The notes under the pieces were generated by a model, which had not been told where the DNA came from, ran no database searches, and was given only the letters and a program-made list of their open reading frames with translations. Source: an uncultured Thermococci archaeon (GTDB taxonomy: Archaea; Methanobacteriota_B; Thermococci; Thermococcales; Thermococcaceae). Taken from it: a stretch of DNA of 31,629 nt. Positions within the stretch are counted from its first letter, which is position 1; the number at the start of each line of letters is the position of its first letter. Positions 8,772 to 16,715 of this stretch are shown piece by piece. Location of the stretch: the NCBI GenBank assembly GCA_964615185.1, contig CAZTOS010000020.1:1-31629 (forward strand). Reading direction: 5' to 3'. The position numbers were made by a program, and so were the translations under genes.

Positions 8772-9560
8772 ATGTATATAACAACACTTAGCAAACCAAT
8801 CGTTTCAGGCAACATAGTAATTTTGCCAATGAAAAAGCCAGAGGGAGGAAAAATTATTATAAATGGGATAGAAGCAAAGCCCGAAAATGTCGTTAAATAC
8901 GATGCTAGGGTTGATATAATGGATCCTACAACTAAAAAGCGTTGTTTTATTATAGAACATGTTCTTGGTCCTCTTCGGATGTTAGGAATAACGGATGCAA
9001 TAGTACTAGGACTGGATAAAACATGGAACTTTCTACGACCAGAGCATAGATTTGCGTACTCATTAGGACTAACACCTGAGGTTGTTGTTGGTAGAGAAGA
9101 CGGTAAGCAGCGCCCAAAATTAGAGGAAATAATAAACTCTGCAAGATTGAAAACAGATAAGCAATTTTACGTAAGTGTTGCTCAAGAAGTTTATTTTAAA
9201 ACAGTTGATATTTTTGGACATAAAGGGGAGATAACAATAACTCCTTTGCCACCTGAAAGTGGTATTGTACTGAACATTGAACTCTTTAAGAATTCTATTG
9301 AGGACATAAGGCTAGGAGAAAATGGACTAGAGGATAAGCACTTAGCAAAAAAGATATTAGATGCAAGAACTCCTTTTTTGATTGGGATTGAGAAGGAAGA
9401 AGCGTTATTTCACGCCATAGGGGATGTAATTGCAGATACAGTAGGATTAGGTAGACTTACCGATGCGAAAATTGATGTTAAATTAAACTTCTTTTATCAT
9501 TCATTAACGGTAGGAGCAATTAAAAGAGCAAAAACAATAAGAAGGGGGGCATTTCAATGA
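8772..9560 (+). CDS. LpxC-fold putative Zn-dependent amidohydrolase
   Basis: IEHVLGPLRMLGITDA ~ LpxC VEHLxAALxGLGIDN; ILDART ~ ISRART; FHAIGDVIAD ~ RHKxLDxIGD; YHSLT ~ GHALN. RBS GAGGTGA. Confidence 0.7.
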   Translation: MYITTLSKPIVSGNIVILPMKKPEGGKIIINGIEAKPENVVKYDARVDIMDPTTKKRCFIIEHVLGPLRMLGITDAIVLGLDKTWNFLRPEHRFAYSLGLTPEVVVGREDGKQRPKLEEIINSARLKTDKQFYVSVAQEVYFKTVDIFGHKGEITITPLPPESGIVLNIELFKNSIEDIRLGENGLEDKHLAKKILDARTPFLIGIEKEEALFHAIGDVIADTVGLGRLTDAKIDVKLNFFYHSLTVGAIKRAKTIRRGAFQ

Positions 9561-10579
9561 ATTTTATCTTTGAAAAGAGTATAGGGAGTTTGTTGCAATA
9601 TTTCAATAGGCCTTCATTAACAATGCATCGTGAAAAAAATGGATGGCATAACTTTAGATATGGGGAGCAAACTAAAGTAGCTATATATATAGAACGATTC
9701 GTTTCAACTCCAACCATAACAAACTTTGATATCGAATATCTTCAGAGGTTGTTTTCAGTAATATATTTAGTGGAAACTCTTGAGAGCACTTCTGACTCAA
9801 CATTGGGAGGCATTGATATCTACGTGTCGACTACTCCCTCTGAACTCCCAAAGGAATTTTACTCAAAAGTCCCAACATTAGTGTTAGAGCCGACAGAACT
9901 TTACTTCTCCACAGTTCACAATGGAGAAGCCGAGATCAAGGTATTACTTAAAAATGATATACCAAATATTGTGTCTAATATTTGGATTCAGGAGGATATT
10001 ATAGAGGATGTTTTCCTTGTTTTGAAAAAGATAATGTCTCTGAAACACAAGTACTATCCCATAGAACGGGGGAGTGAATTGTTCTTTCGAAAAGTATTTT
10101 TGCCAGGGACCATACTATTTGTGCCCCGTTCAGTTACAATAGATGATAAAAGCAATGTTGCTTTAATACTTAGAGCAAGTATCCCCCCAGAAACTAGTTC
10201 AAAGAATATCATAGAAAGCTTAGTAGAAAAAATAGGAAATAAAGATAAGATAAAAGAGGTTAAAATCCTTAAACAACCTGTGCGTGTCTTACCTCAACAA
10301 GAAATCCATAAAATAGCAGAGGAAACTTTCGTAAAAATATACAAGAGATTTCCTGAGTATGAGTGGTTCCCATTTTCAACAGTTTTCAATGATTTGGCTA
10401 AAGTAAATGAGTCTATACTCTCAATAGGGCCGAAGTCATATAGTGATATAACGTCCAGTAATGTTGAATTCGATGTGGATGTTAGTAAAGAATTTTCGAA
10501 TTTTATCTCAAACGTTATACAAAGAATTATACAAAGGGAGGGGATGAAGAATGAAAAAATGGATGGAAGATGTTATTAA
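9557..10579 (+). CDS. Hypothetical protein, probable catalytically degenerate M20 peptidase-fold paralog
   Basis: VLEPTELYFSTVHNGEAEIKV, LRASIPPET and C-terminal SIGP resemble M20 segments, but the HxDVV, EE and C-terminal His motifs are absent. ATGA overlap with the upstream gene. Confidence 0.55.
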   Translation: MNFIFEKSIGSLLQYFNRPSLTMHREKNGWHNFRYGEQTKVAIYIERFVSTPTITNFDIEYLQRLFSVIYLVETLESTSDSTLGGIDIYVSTTPSELPKEFYSKVPTLVLEPTELYFSTVHNGEAEIKVLLKNDIPNIVSNIWIQEDIIEDVFLVLKKIMSLKHKYYPIERGSELFFRKVFLPGTILFVPRSVTIDDKSNVALILRASIPPETSSKNIIESLVEKIGNKDKIKEVKILKQPVRVLPQQEIHKIAEETFVKIYKRFPEYEWFPFSTVFNDLAKVNESILSIGPKSYSDITSSNVEFDVDVSKEFSNFISNVIQRIIQREGMKNEKMDGRCY

Positions 10580-11834
10580 TTCTGTGGAAGAGATGGAAGA
10601 TGAAATAGTAGACTTCCTAAGAGACTTAATAAAGATACCAACAGAAAACCCTCCAGGAACTAATTACAAGAAGTTTGCTGAATTCTTCGGAAAAAGACTT
10701 GAAGAGTTTGGTTATAATGTGCATTATATTGAAGTTCCACCAGAGAGATTTGAAGAGTTAGTACCTTTTGCAACTCCCGAGTATCCTAGGGTAAATGTAT
10801 ATGCAGAGTCAAACAATGGAAAACCCAAGCCAGTACTTCATTTTAATGGCCATTTTGATGTAGTGCCGGCAGGCCCGGGATGGAGTGTGGATCCTTTTGG
10901 AGGAGTTATTAAAGATGGAAAAATTTATGGTAGAGGATCCAGTGATCAAAAATCAGGGTTAGTTGCCCAAGTATACGCGATAGAAGCCTTTAAAAGAGCA
11001 GGATACAAATTAAACGGAAAAATAGAGCACAGTGCAGTAGTCGATGAAGAAACTGTTGGAAACAGGAATGCTGGAACATACTATCTTGTTGAAAAAGGAA
11101 TAATTTCCAAAAACAAAGTTGATTATGTGGTTATAACTGAGTGCTTAGATCCAGATAGAATTTGTTTGGGTCATAGGGGAGCACTTAGATTTGAAATTAC
11201 TGTTTATGGAAAACAGGCTCATGGGTGCATGCCTTACTTGGGTATAAATGCTGGCATGAAAATGGCAAAACTCTTAAATATAATAGAATATGAGCTAGTC
11301 CCTCGACTCAAAGAAAGAATTACACCATTGCCTGTAGTTCCAGAAGAAGCGAGAAAAGCCTCAATTTCATTAGGGACACTTCACGCAGGAGAAGCCACAA
11401 ATTTAGTTCCATCTAGAGCCATAGCAACTTTTGATAGAAGGCTTAATCCAGAAGAAAACTTAGACATTGCAAGAAGGGAAATCTATGAAATATGTAAAGC
11501 TCTATCTCTTATAGACCCCGAATTTAAATATTCAATAAGAGAATTATACGCCACAGATCCTGTGCTTGTTCCAAAGGATCAGAAACTTGTAAAGATTTTC
11601 CAAGAGGCTATTAAATATGTGTATAATAAAGAACCAGACTTTGTATTAAGTCCGGGCACAGATGATCAAAGGTTTATAGTTCGTGATGCAGGTATAGACA
11701 GTTGCATTGTATACGGTCCAGGAAGATTAACTCAAGCTCATGTAGTTGATGAACATATATCAATTGAAGACTTATTGAATGGTGTCAAAGTCATGGCAAT
11801 AGCTGCAGGAATGCTCCTAGGAGTTTCAAGATAA
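10551..11834 (+). CDS. M20 family ArgE/DapE-like metallo-amidohydrolase
   Basis: NGHFDVVP, YGRGSSDQKSG, VDEET, ITECLDPDRICLGHRG, YGPG...AHVVDE; all metal ligands present. Confidence 0.93.
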   Translation: MKKWMEDVINSVEEMEDEIVDFLRDLIKIPTENPPGTNYKKFAEFFGKRLEEFGYNVHYIEVPPERFEELVPFATPEYPRVNVYAESNNGKPKPVLHFNGHFDVVPAGPGWSVDPFGGVIKDGKIYGRGSSDQKSGLVAQVYAIEAFKRAGYKLNGKIEHSAVVDEETVGNRNAGTYYLVEKGIISKNKVDYVVITECLDPDRICLGHRGALRFEITVYGKQAHGCMPYLGINAGMKMAKLLNIIEYELVPRLKERITPLPVVPEEARKASISLGTLHAGEATNLVPSRAIATFDRRLNPEENLDIARREIYEICKALSLIDPEFKYSIRELYATDPVLVPKDQKLVKIFQEAIKYVYNKEPDFVLSPGTDDQRFIVRDAGIDSCIVYGPGRLTQAHVVDEHISIEDLLNGVKVMAIAAGMLLGVSR

Positions 11835-11920
11835 TCTTTGTAAGTACTAATACTATTCCCTACTCATGCAAAAATAATAGAAAATGGCAAGGAAACAATT
11901 CCTTGTATAAAACTTTTGTG

Positions 11921-12439
11921 TTATTCTTTACTTCTTATTTTATTCAGATCTCGGGATTTTAAAAACCATGGTCTTTTTGAATCCTCATACTTATGTAGAA
12001 CCACTCTTGTTATTATATCCGTTATCTCTGGGAATCGTTTAATTAACAAGGAAATGAACCTATCTAGATCATCATTATCTACAAAGAACACATGAACTAA
12101 TAGATCGGAATCTCCAGTAATTTCCCAAACTTTTTTGACTCCTTCAATTTTTGAGATTTCTTGGGCAATTCTTTTTCGTACTGCTCGTGGGCATTTTATT
12201 TCCATAAAAACTTCAAGATTGTATCCCAAAGCTTTTGGATCTATCCCTATTGTAAACCGTTCAATGATCCCTCTTTCTTTCAGGCTTTTGACTTTGTTAT
12301 AGCACGAGACAATGCTCATACCGCATGCTTTACTTAATTGTCTATATGTTATTCTCGAATTTTCATATAATCTCCATAATATAATTAATTCATCTCGTGC
12401 TATTTTTTTGTTATTCAAACATAATCCCTCCATTTCCAC
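11921..12439 (-). CDS. Lrp/AsnC family transcriptional regulator
   Basis: HTH LYENSRITYRQLSKACGMS...KSLKERGIIERFT and RAM domain VWEITGDSDLLV. Start uncertain (GTG 12439, ATG 12433 or TTG 12418). Confidence 0.92.
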   Translation of the reverse strand: MEMEGLCLNNKKIARDELIILWRLYENSRITYRQLSKACGMSIVSCYNKVKSLKERGIIERFTIGIDPKALGYNLEVFMEIKCPRAVRKRIAQEISKIEGVKKVWEITGDSDLLVHVFFVDNDDLDRFISLLIKRFPEITDIITRVVLHKYEDSKRPWFLKSRDLNKIRSKE

Positions 12440-12590
12440 AATGCCAGGATAAGCAATAGGAGGAGTTTAAACCTTGGATAATACTTCAGGAGTAATAACT
12501 GGAAAGCTGAAATTTTGTTAGAGTTAGTCCTCCTTTTTGTAATTAATGAGTAATTTCCAGACTGTGATACTATAGTTATCTGACAGTATG
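12437..12590 (+). mobile_element. Highly decayed miniature IS6 derivative
   Basis: Left end cacaatgccaggataagcaatagg and right end gtgatactatagttatctgacagtatg resemble the two ends of the adjacent IS6 copy. Confidence 0.55.
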
Positions 12591-12649
12591 CTATACTTTA
12601 TATTATACAGTTAGACGTTAGACTTTAAAGACCTTACTATCCATTCATA

Positions 12650-13280
12650 GGTACTCTCAGGATAAGCAGTAGGGTGTCAGAGATGAGTTGCTGACATACT
12701 TCAGAAGAGAAAAGGGGAAGCCATGAAGACTGAAACCATCATATACTGCTTGTTTTTGGTCTTAAAATCTTTTCGCCGGAATAAAATTCCAGAAGAAGGA
12801 AATCAGACCTGAGAAACAGTTCGAAAATTCGCAAAAACAATTTACCAGCCTTCACAGTCAAAAGATGCCTTTGGGCTGCTATTGTCATTGAGAGCAGCTT
12901 GCAGTCTGGATTACAGCAGGAATTATTGGATTGCCGGAGATTTCCTTCTGGTTGTTTTAAAATCCCGTGGGGAGGTCAGATAGTTTTCTGGTTGATGGGC
13001 AAAGTGATACAAGCCTGGTTTTAAGTCTCTTGGGTTGGATTTTGTTCACGTGACTTTCGAATCGAGGAACAGTATTGAACGCTGGTTTAGGGCTGTTAAA
13101 GAACGGACAAAGCATTTCTGGAATAATTTCAGAGCTAAAGACTGGCGTAGGGTTCAAAAGTTTGTTTTCCTGTTTGCCTTCTGGAATAATTTTGTTAGGT
13201 TTCACTCTTGGTTTAATGCTCCCCTGGCGATGTTACTGAATGATTCCAAGAGGTGATATCACAGTTATCCTGACAGTATC
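12650..13280 (+). mobile_element. IS6-family (ISPfu-like) insertion sequence remnant with fragmented transposase
   Basis: Inverted repeats ggtactctcaggataa (12650-12665) and ttatcctgacagtatc (13265-13280), 14/16 match. Transposase pieces MKTETIIY..LKSFRRNKIP (from 12723), LWAAI, DFLLVVLKS and RNSIERWFRAVKERTKHFWNNFRAKDWRRV, broken by frameshifts and deletions. Confidence 0.92.
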
Positions 13281-13415
13281 CTCATGTATAAGTGAAAATT
13301 TTTAAGTAAAACTCCTTATCTTGAGTTTTTGGCTCTATTTGATTAAATAATTTTTTCAAAAAATATAGAAAAATTTTGTAAATTTGTAGGGCTTAAGACA
13401 TAAAGGGGAAACATC

Positions 13416-14630
13416 ATGAAAGACATCCTCCCTTTAAAAGGAATAAGGGTAGTGGCATTGGAACATGTCCTGACAGCTCCTTACTGTAGTATGATACTCG
13501 CAGATTTGGGTGCAGAAGTCATCAAGATAGAACGACCTGACGTTGGAGATGACAGCAGAAGCTTTGGACCTTTTGTAGATGACCAGAGTGGTTATTTTAT
13601 CAGCATAAACAGAAACAAAAAAAGTATTGCAGTTAATTTAAAAACTCCTGAAGGTCCAGAAATTATAAAAGAACTCATTAAGAAGAGTGATGTAGTTCTG
13701 GAGAATTTTAGGCCAGGAACTCTCAAAAAGTTTGGACTGGACTATGAAAGCGTGAAGCAAATTAAGCCCGACATAATATATGTTTCAATAAGTGGCTTTG
13801 GAAATGATACTGCTCCGGGATATAAAGGGCTCCCTGGATATGATATCATTGCTCAAGCTTATGGAGGGCTTATGGACATAACAGGACAACCGGATGGCCC
13901 ACCAACTAGAGTGGGAGCCTCTGTGGCAGATATATTTGCAGGAATGTATGCGGCAATAGGAATCTTAGCAGCAATTTACAAGAGGGAAAAAACTGGGGAG
14001 GGGAGTAGAATAGATGTCTCGATGGTAGACTCCATTGTTTCCGTCTTGGAAAATGCAGTAGTTAGGTATACACTCACAGGAGAGATCCCAAAAAGAATTG
14101 GAAGTAGACATCCGTCCATTGCTCCGTTTGATGTATTTGAGGCAAAAGATGGATGGGTGGTAATAGGAGTAGGTAATGATTCCTTGTGGCAGAGGTTCTG
14201 TAAAGCTATTGGAAAAGAGGAGCTAATGGATCACCCCAAGTATAAGACAAACAAGAAGAGAGTAGAGAATTATGATGAACTTAAGAAAATTTTAACAGAA
14301 TGGACTAAGACTCTTTCTGTGGCAGAAATAGTCAGAATACTAAGGGAAGCAGGCGTTCCTTGTGGGCCTGTAAACACAGTGAAAGACGTTGTGGAGGATC
14401 CAAATATTAATTACAGGGGTATGATAGTTGAGGTGGAACAGCCAAAAATTGGAAAAGTTAGAATTGCAGGCAATCCTTTAATGTTCTCCTTCTTGAAAAA
14501 AAGAAAGTATGCTCCAGCCCCAGCACCCCTACTTGGAGAGCACACAGAAGAAGTTTTAAGAAGTCTCTTGGGTTATAATGAGGAAAAAATAAAAAAACTA
14601 GCTGAAAAAGGAGTAATAAAAGTTGGCTGA
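13416..14630 (+). CDS. Family III CoA-transferase (CaiB/BaiF)
   Basis: PLKGIRVV, LADLGAEVIKIERP..GDDSR, NRNKKSIAVNLK, DVVLENFRPG, catalytic Asp in SVADIFAG, APLLGEHT. Confidence 0.95.
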   Translation: MKDILPLKGIRVVALEHVLTAPYCSMILADLGAEVIKIERPDVGDDSRSFGPFVDDQSGYFISINRNKKSIAVNLKTPEGPEIIKELIKKSDVVLENFRPGTLKKFGLDYESVKQIKPDIIYVSISGFGNDTAPGYKGLPGYDIIAQAYGGLMDITGQPDGPPTRVGASVADIFAGMYAAIGILAAIYKREKTGEGSRIDVSMVDSIVSVLENAVVRYTLTGEIPKRIGSRHPSIAPFDVFEAKDGWVVIGVGNDSLWQRFCKAIGKEELMDHPKYKTNKKRVENYDELKKILTEWTKTLSVAEIVRILREAGVPCGPVNTVKDVVEDPNINYRGMIVEVEQPKIGKVRIAGNPLMFSFLKKRKYAPAPAPLLGEHTEEVLRSLLGYNEEKIKKLAEKGVIKVG

Positions 14631-14679
14631 TTCTTGTTTTTGTTTTAATTTTTAGTCTAATCAGGGAGGTAGTTTATTT

Positions 14680-14808
14680 ATGAGCATTGAGAAAAAAGTG
14701 AAGGGGCTTTATGAAAAGAAGGAGAAAATTCTCAAAATAGGTGGGGAGGAAAAGATAGCAAAGCAGTATGAGAAAGGTAAGCTTACAGCAAGAGAAAGAA
14801 TCGAAAAA
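14680..14808 (+). pseudogene. mmdA: N-terminal stub (43 aa) of methylmalonyl-CoA decarboxylase alpha / acyl-CoA carboxyltransferase subunit
   Basis: GGEEKIAKQYEKGKLTARERIE is the carboxyltransferase N-terminal signature. Similarity then stops and the ORF runs through AT-rich sequence to 14949. Good RBS GGAGGT. Confidence 0.8.
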
Positions 14809-14935
14809 ACAGGAAATTATAACATCAAGATTGATTTTGAGATATTAGATGCAATTATTAATTTTGAAATAATAATGATTTTCTTTAAAACTTATTTAAC
14901 TGAAAATGACCAAAAAACAAAGGAAGTGAAAAACC

Positions 14936-15700
14936 TTATGGAATACTAAATCCAAGTCCTTTTAGGATCATTCTAATGGCTAGAAACGCTAGCACTACAG
15001 CGAAAGATCTTTTCAAATTGTGGGCTTTTATTCTTTTTGCGGTTCTTGCTCCTATTTGTGCCCCTATGATTAAGCCAGGAACTAAAACTAACAACCACTG
15101 AATTTCAATGTTTCCAAGTGCATAATGCTTTATTGCCCCACTTATACCTGTAAAAAAGATTGCAAAAATTGAAGTAGCTACAGCATAATGTATAGGAAAG
15201 CCCAAATACACTAAAAAAGGAACATTAATTGCTCCTCCCCCAAATCCTAAAAGTCCTGAGAGAATGCCGACTATAAATCCCCAAATGGAGAGCAATACAT
15301 AATTTGGTTTGAGCTCTTCAAGAGCAATTTGATGCGCTTCAATACTCTTTCCTCTAAACATTTTGATAGAGACAAAAAATAATGCCATTCCAAAAAATAC
15401 TTTTAGAATATTAGGACTGAGGTAGGAGGTTAACCAAGCACCAATATATGCTCCTAGGATAGAAGGAAATGCCAGTGATATTCCAGATTTATAATGGATC
15501 CTTTTTTGCCTAAAATATACAATAACTGCCGAAAGAGATGTAAATGGAATTGCCGCTAAGCTTGTTCCAACTGCGTGGTGTATTTCAACTCCTAAAAGAT
15601 TTAGAGTGGGGACTATCAAAAAACCTCCGCCCAATCCAAAAAGGGCGGCCAAGATTCCTATGAAGACGCCAACTGCGAAATAGCTGATATATTTGAGCAA
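14936..15700 (-). CDS. TSUP / TauE-SafE family membrane transporter
   Basis: Duplicated GLGGGFLIVP / GFGGGAINVP motifs, AVGTSL / AVATS, about 8 TM helices; TTG start. Confidence 0.92.
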   Translation of the reverse strand: MLKYISYFAVGVFIGILAALFGLGGGFLIVPTLNLLGVEIHHAVGTSLAAIPFTSLSAVIVYFRQKRIHYKSGISLAFPSILGAYIGAWLTSYLSPNILKVFFGMALFFVSIKMFRGKSIEAHQIALEELKPNYVLLSIWGFIVGILSGLLGFGGGAINVPFLVYLGFPIHYAVATSIFAIFFTGISGAIKHYALGNIEIQWLLVLVPGLIIGAQIGARTAKRIKAHNLKRSFAVVLAFLAIRMILKGLGFSIP

Positions 15701-15704
15701 TTAA

Positions 15705-16706
15705 TCACCTCCACAGGACTATTGCCTCAATCAGCTTTATCAGGGCATCTAAATCATTCAAGTGAAGCATCTCCACCTCGCTGTGCAGATATTTAATCGG
15801 CACGCTTAAGGCAAGAACTTCGCTTTTGTGCTGGAACACAGAGGCATCAGTCCCTCCGCCGGTGACACCCATCTGAAGAGGTATTCTGTTCCTCTCAGCT
15901 ATCTCAGCAACTCTCTTTGCGAGTTTTCTTGTATAAACTGCTGAGTTATCCACAGCCCTAATCACAGCACCTCTGCCTAATTTAACATCTCCCGTTAAGA
16001 AGGAGCAGCACGCAAAGGAGTCGATGGCAAAAGCAAACTCTGGGCTATAATGTTCTGCCAAAAACTTAGCGCCTTTAAGCCCTATCTCCCCCTGCACGGT
16101 GAAGGCGAAGATGAATTTTCCATTCAAGTCGTGATCAACTAAATCTTTGATAGCCTCAAACAGTGCAACAACGCCAAAGCGGTCATCAAGAGAGCGAGTT
16201 GCAACATAGCGATTGTTTAGAACAGCAAAGTGCTTTTTGAATACAGCATAATCCAGAGGCTTGACTCCCAGTGATAGGGCTTCCTCTTTTGATTCTGCAC
16301 CAATATCGATCTCCAATGCATGCCAAGGAATCGTGTCAAACTTCCTCTCAAGGTTGAGGTGAACTGGTGTAACTCCTATAACTCCGTCGAGCTTTCTACT
16401 CTCTGTTATTACATCAACATGTCTACCAATCAATAGTCTGTCATCAATGCCGCCGATTTTCCTGAACTTCAGCTTTCCGTCGTTTGTTATCCCTGTAATC
16501 AAAAGTCCGATCTCGTCCATATGTGCCATGAAAATTGCTTTCTCCTCTCCTTCTCCAAGCTCGACTATTAGGTTCCCTATTCTGTCAACTTTATAATCAG
16601 CGAAAGGTTCAATCCATTCAATAAGCTTCTCTCTAACTTTCTCCTCATATCCAGAAATTCCCGGGATTTGGGTTATCTCCCTAAGTTCCTCAATTAGATG
16701 CTCCAT
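15705..16706 (-). CDS. M42 TET aminopeptidase (TET1-like); catalytic Glu reads Gly
   Basis: PGISGYEE, AHMDEIG, LDDRFG, GGGTDA, YLHSEVE; the TVQEE motif reads TVQGE. Confidence 0.93.
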   Translation of the reverse strand: MEHLIEELREITQIPGISGYEEKVREKLIEWIEPFADYKVDRIGNLIVELGEGEEKAIFMAHMDEIGLLITGITNDGKLKFRKIGGIDDRLLIGRHVDVITESRKLDGVIGVTPVHLNLERKFDTIPWHALEIDIGAESKEEALSLGVKPLDYAVFKKHFAVLNNRYVATRSLDDRFGVVALFEAIKDLVDHDLNGKFIFAFTVQGEIGLKGAKFLAEHYSPEFAFAIDSFACCSFLTGDVKLGRGAVIRAVDNSAVYTRKLAKRVAEIAERNRIPLQMGVTGGGTDASVFQHKSEVLALSVPIKYLHSEVEMLHLNDLDALIKLIEAIVLWR

Positions 16707-16715
16707 ACTATCACC

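Noticed and set aside
8772..9560. True lpxC / lipid A synthesis or bacterial contamination
   Set aside because: Insert II and the HK lysine are missing, there are no other lpx genes, and the RBS and neighbours are archaeal-style.
10551..11834. Assigning dapE or argE
   Set aside because: Motifs define only the M20 family; no lysine or arginine pathway context.
14809..14949. C-terminal half of the 89-aa ORF as real protein
   Set aside because: AT-rich read-through after the mmdA breakpoint, overlapping the convergent TSUP gene.
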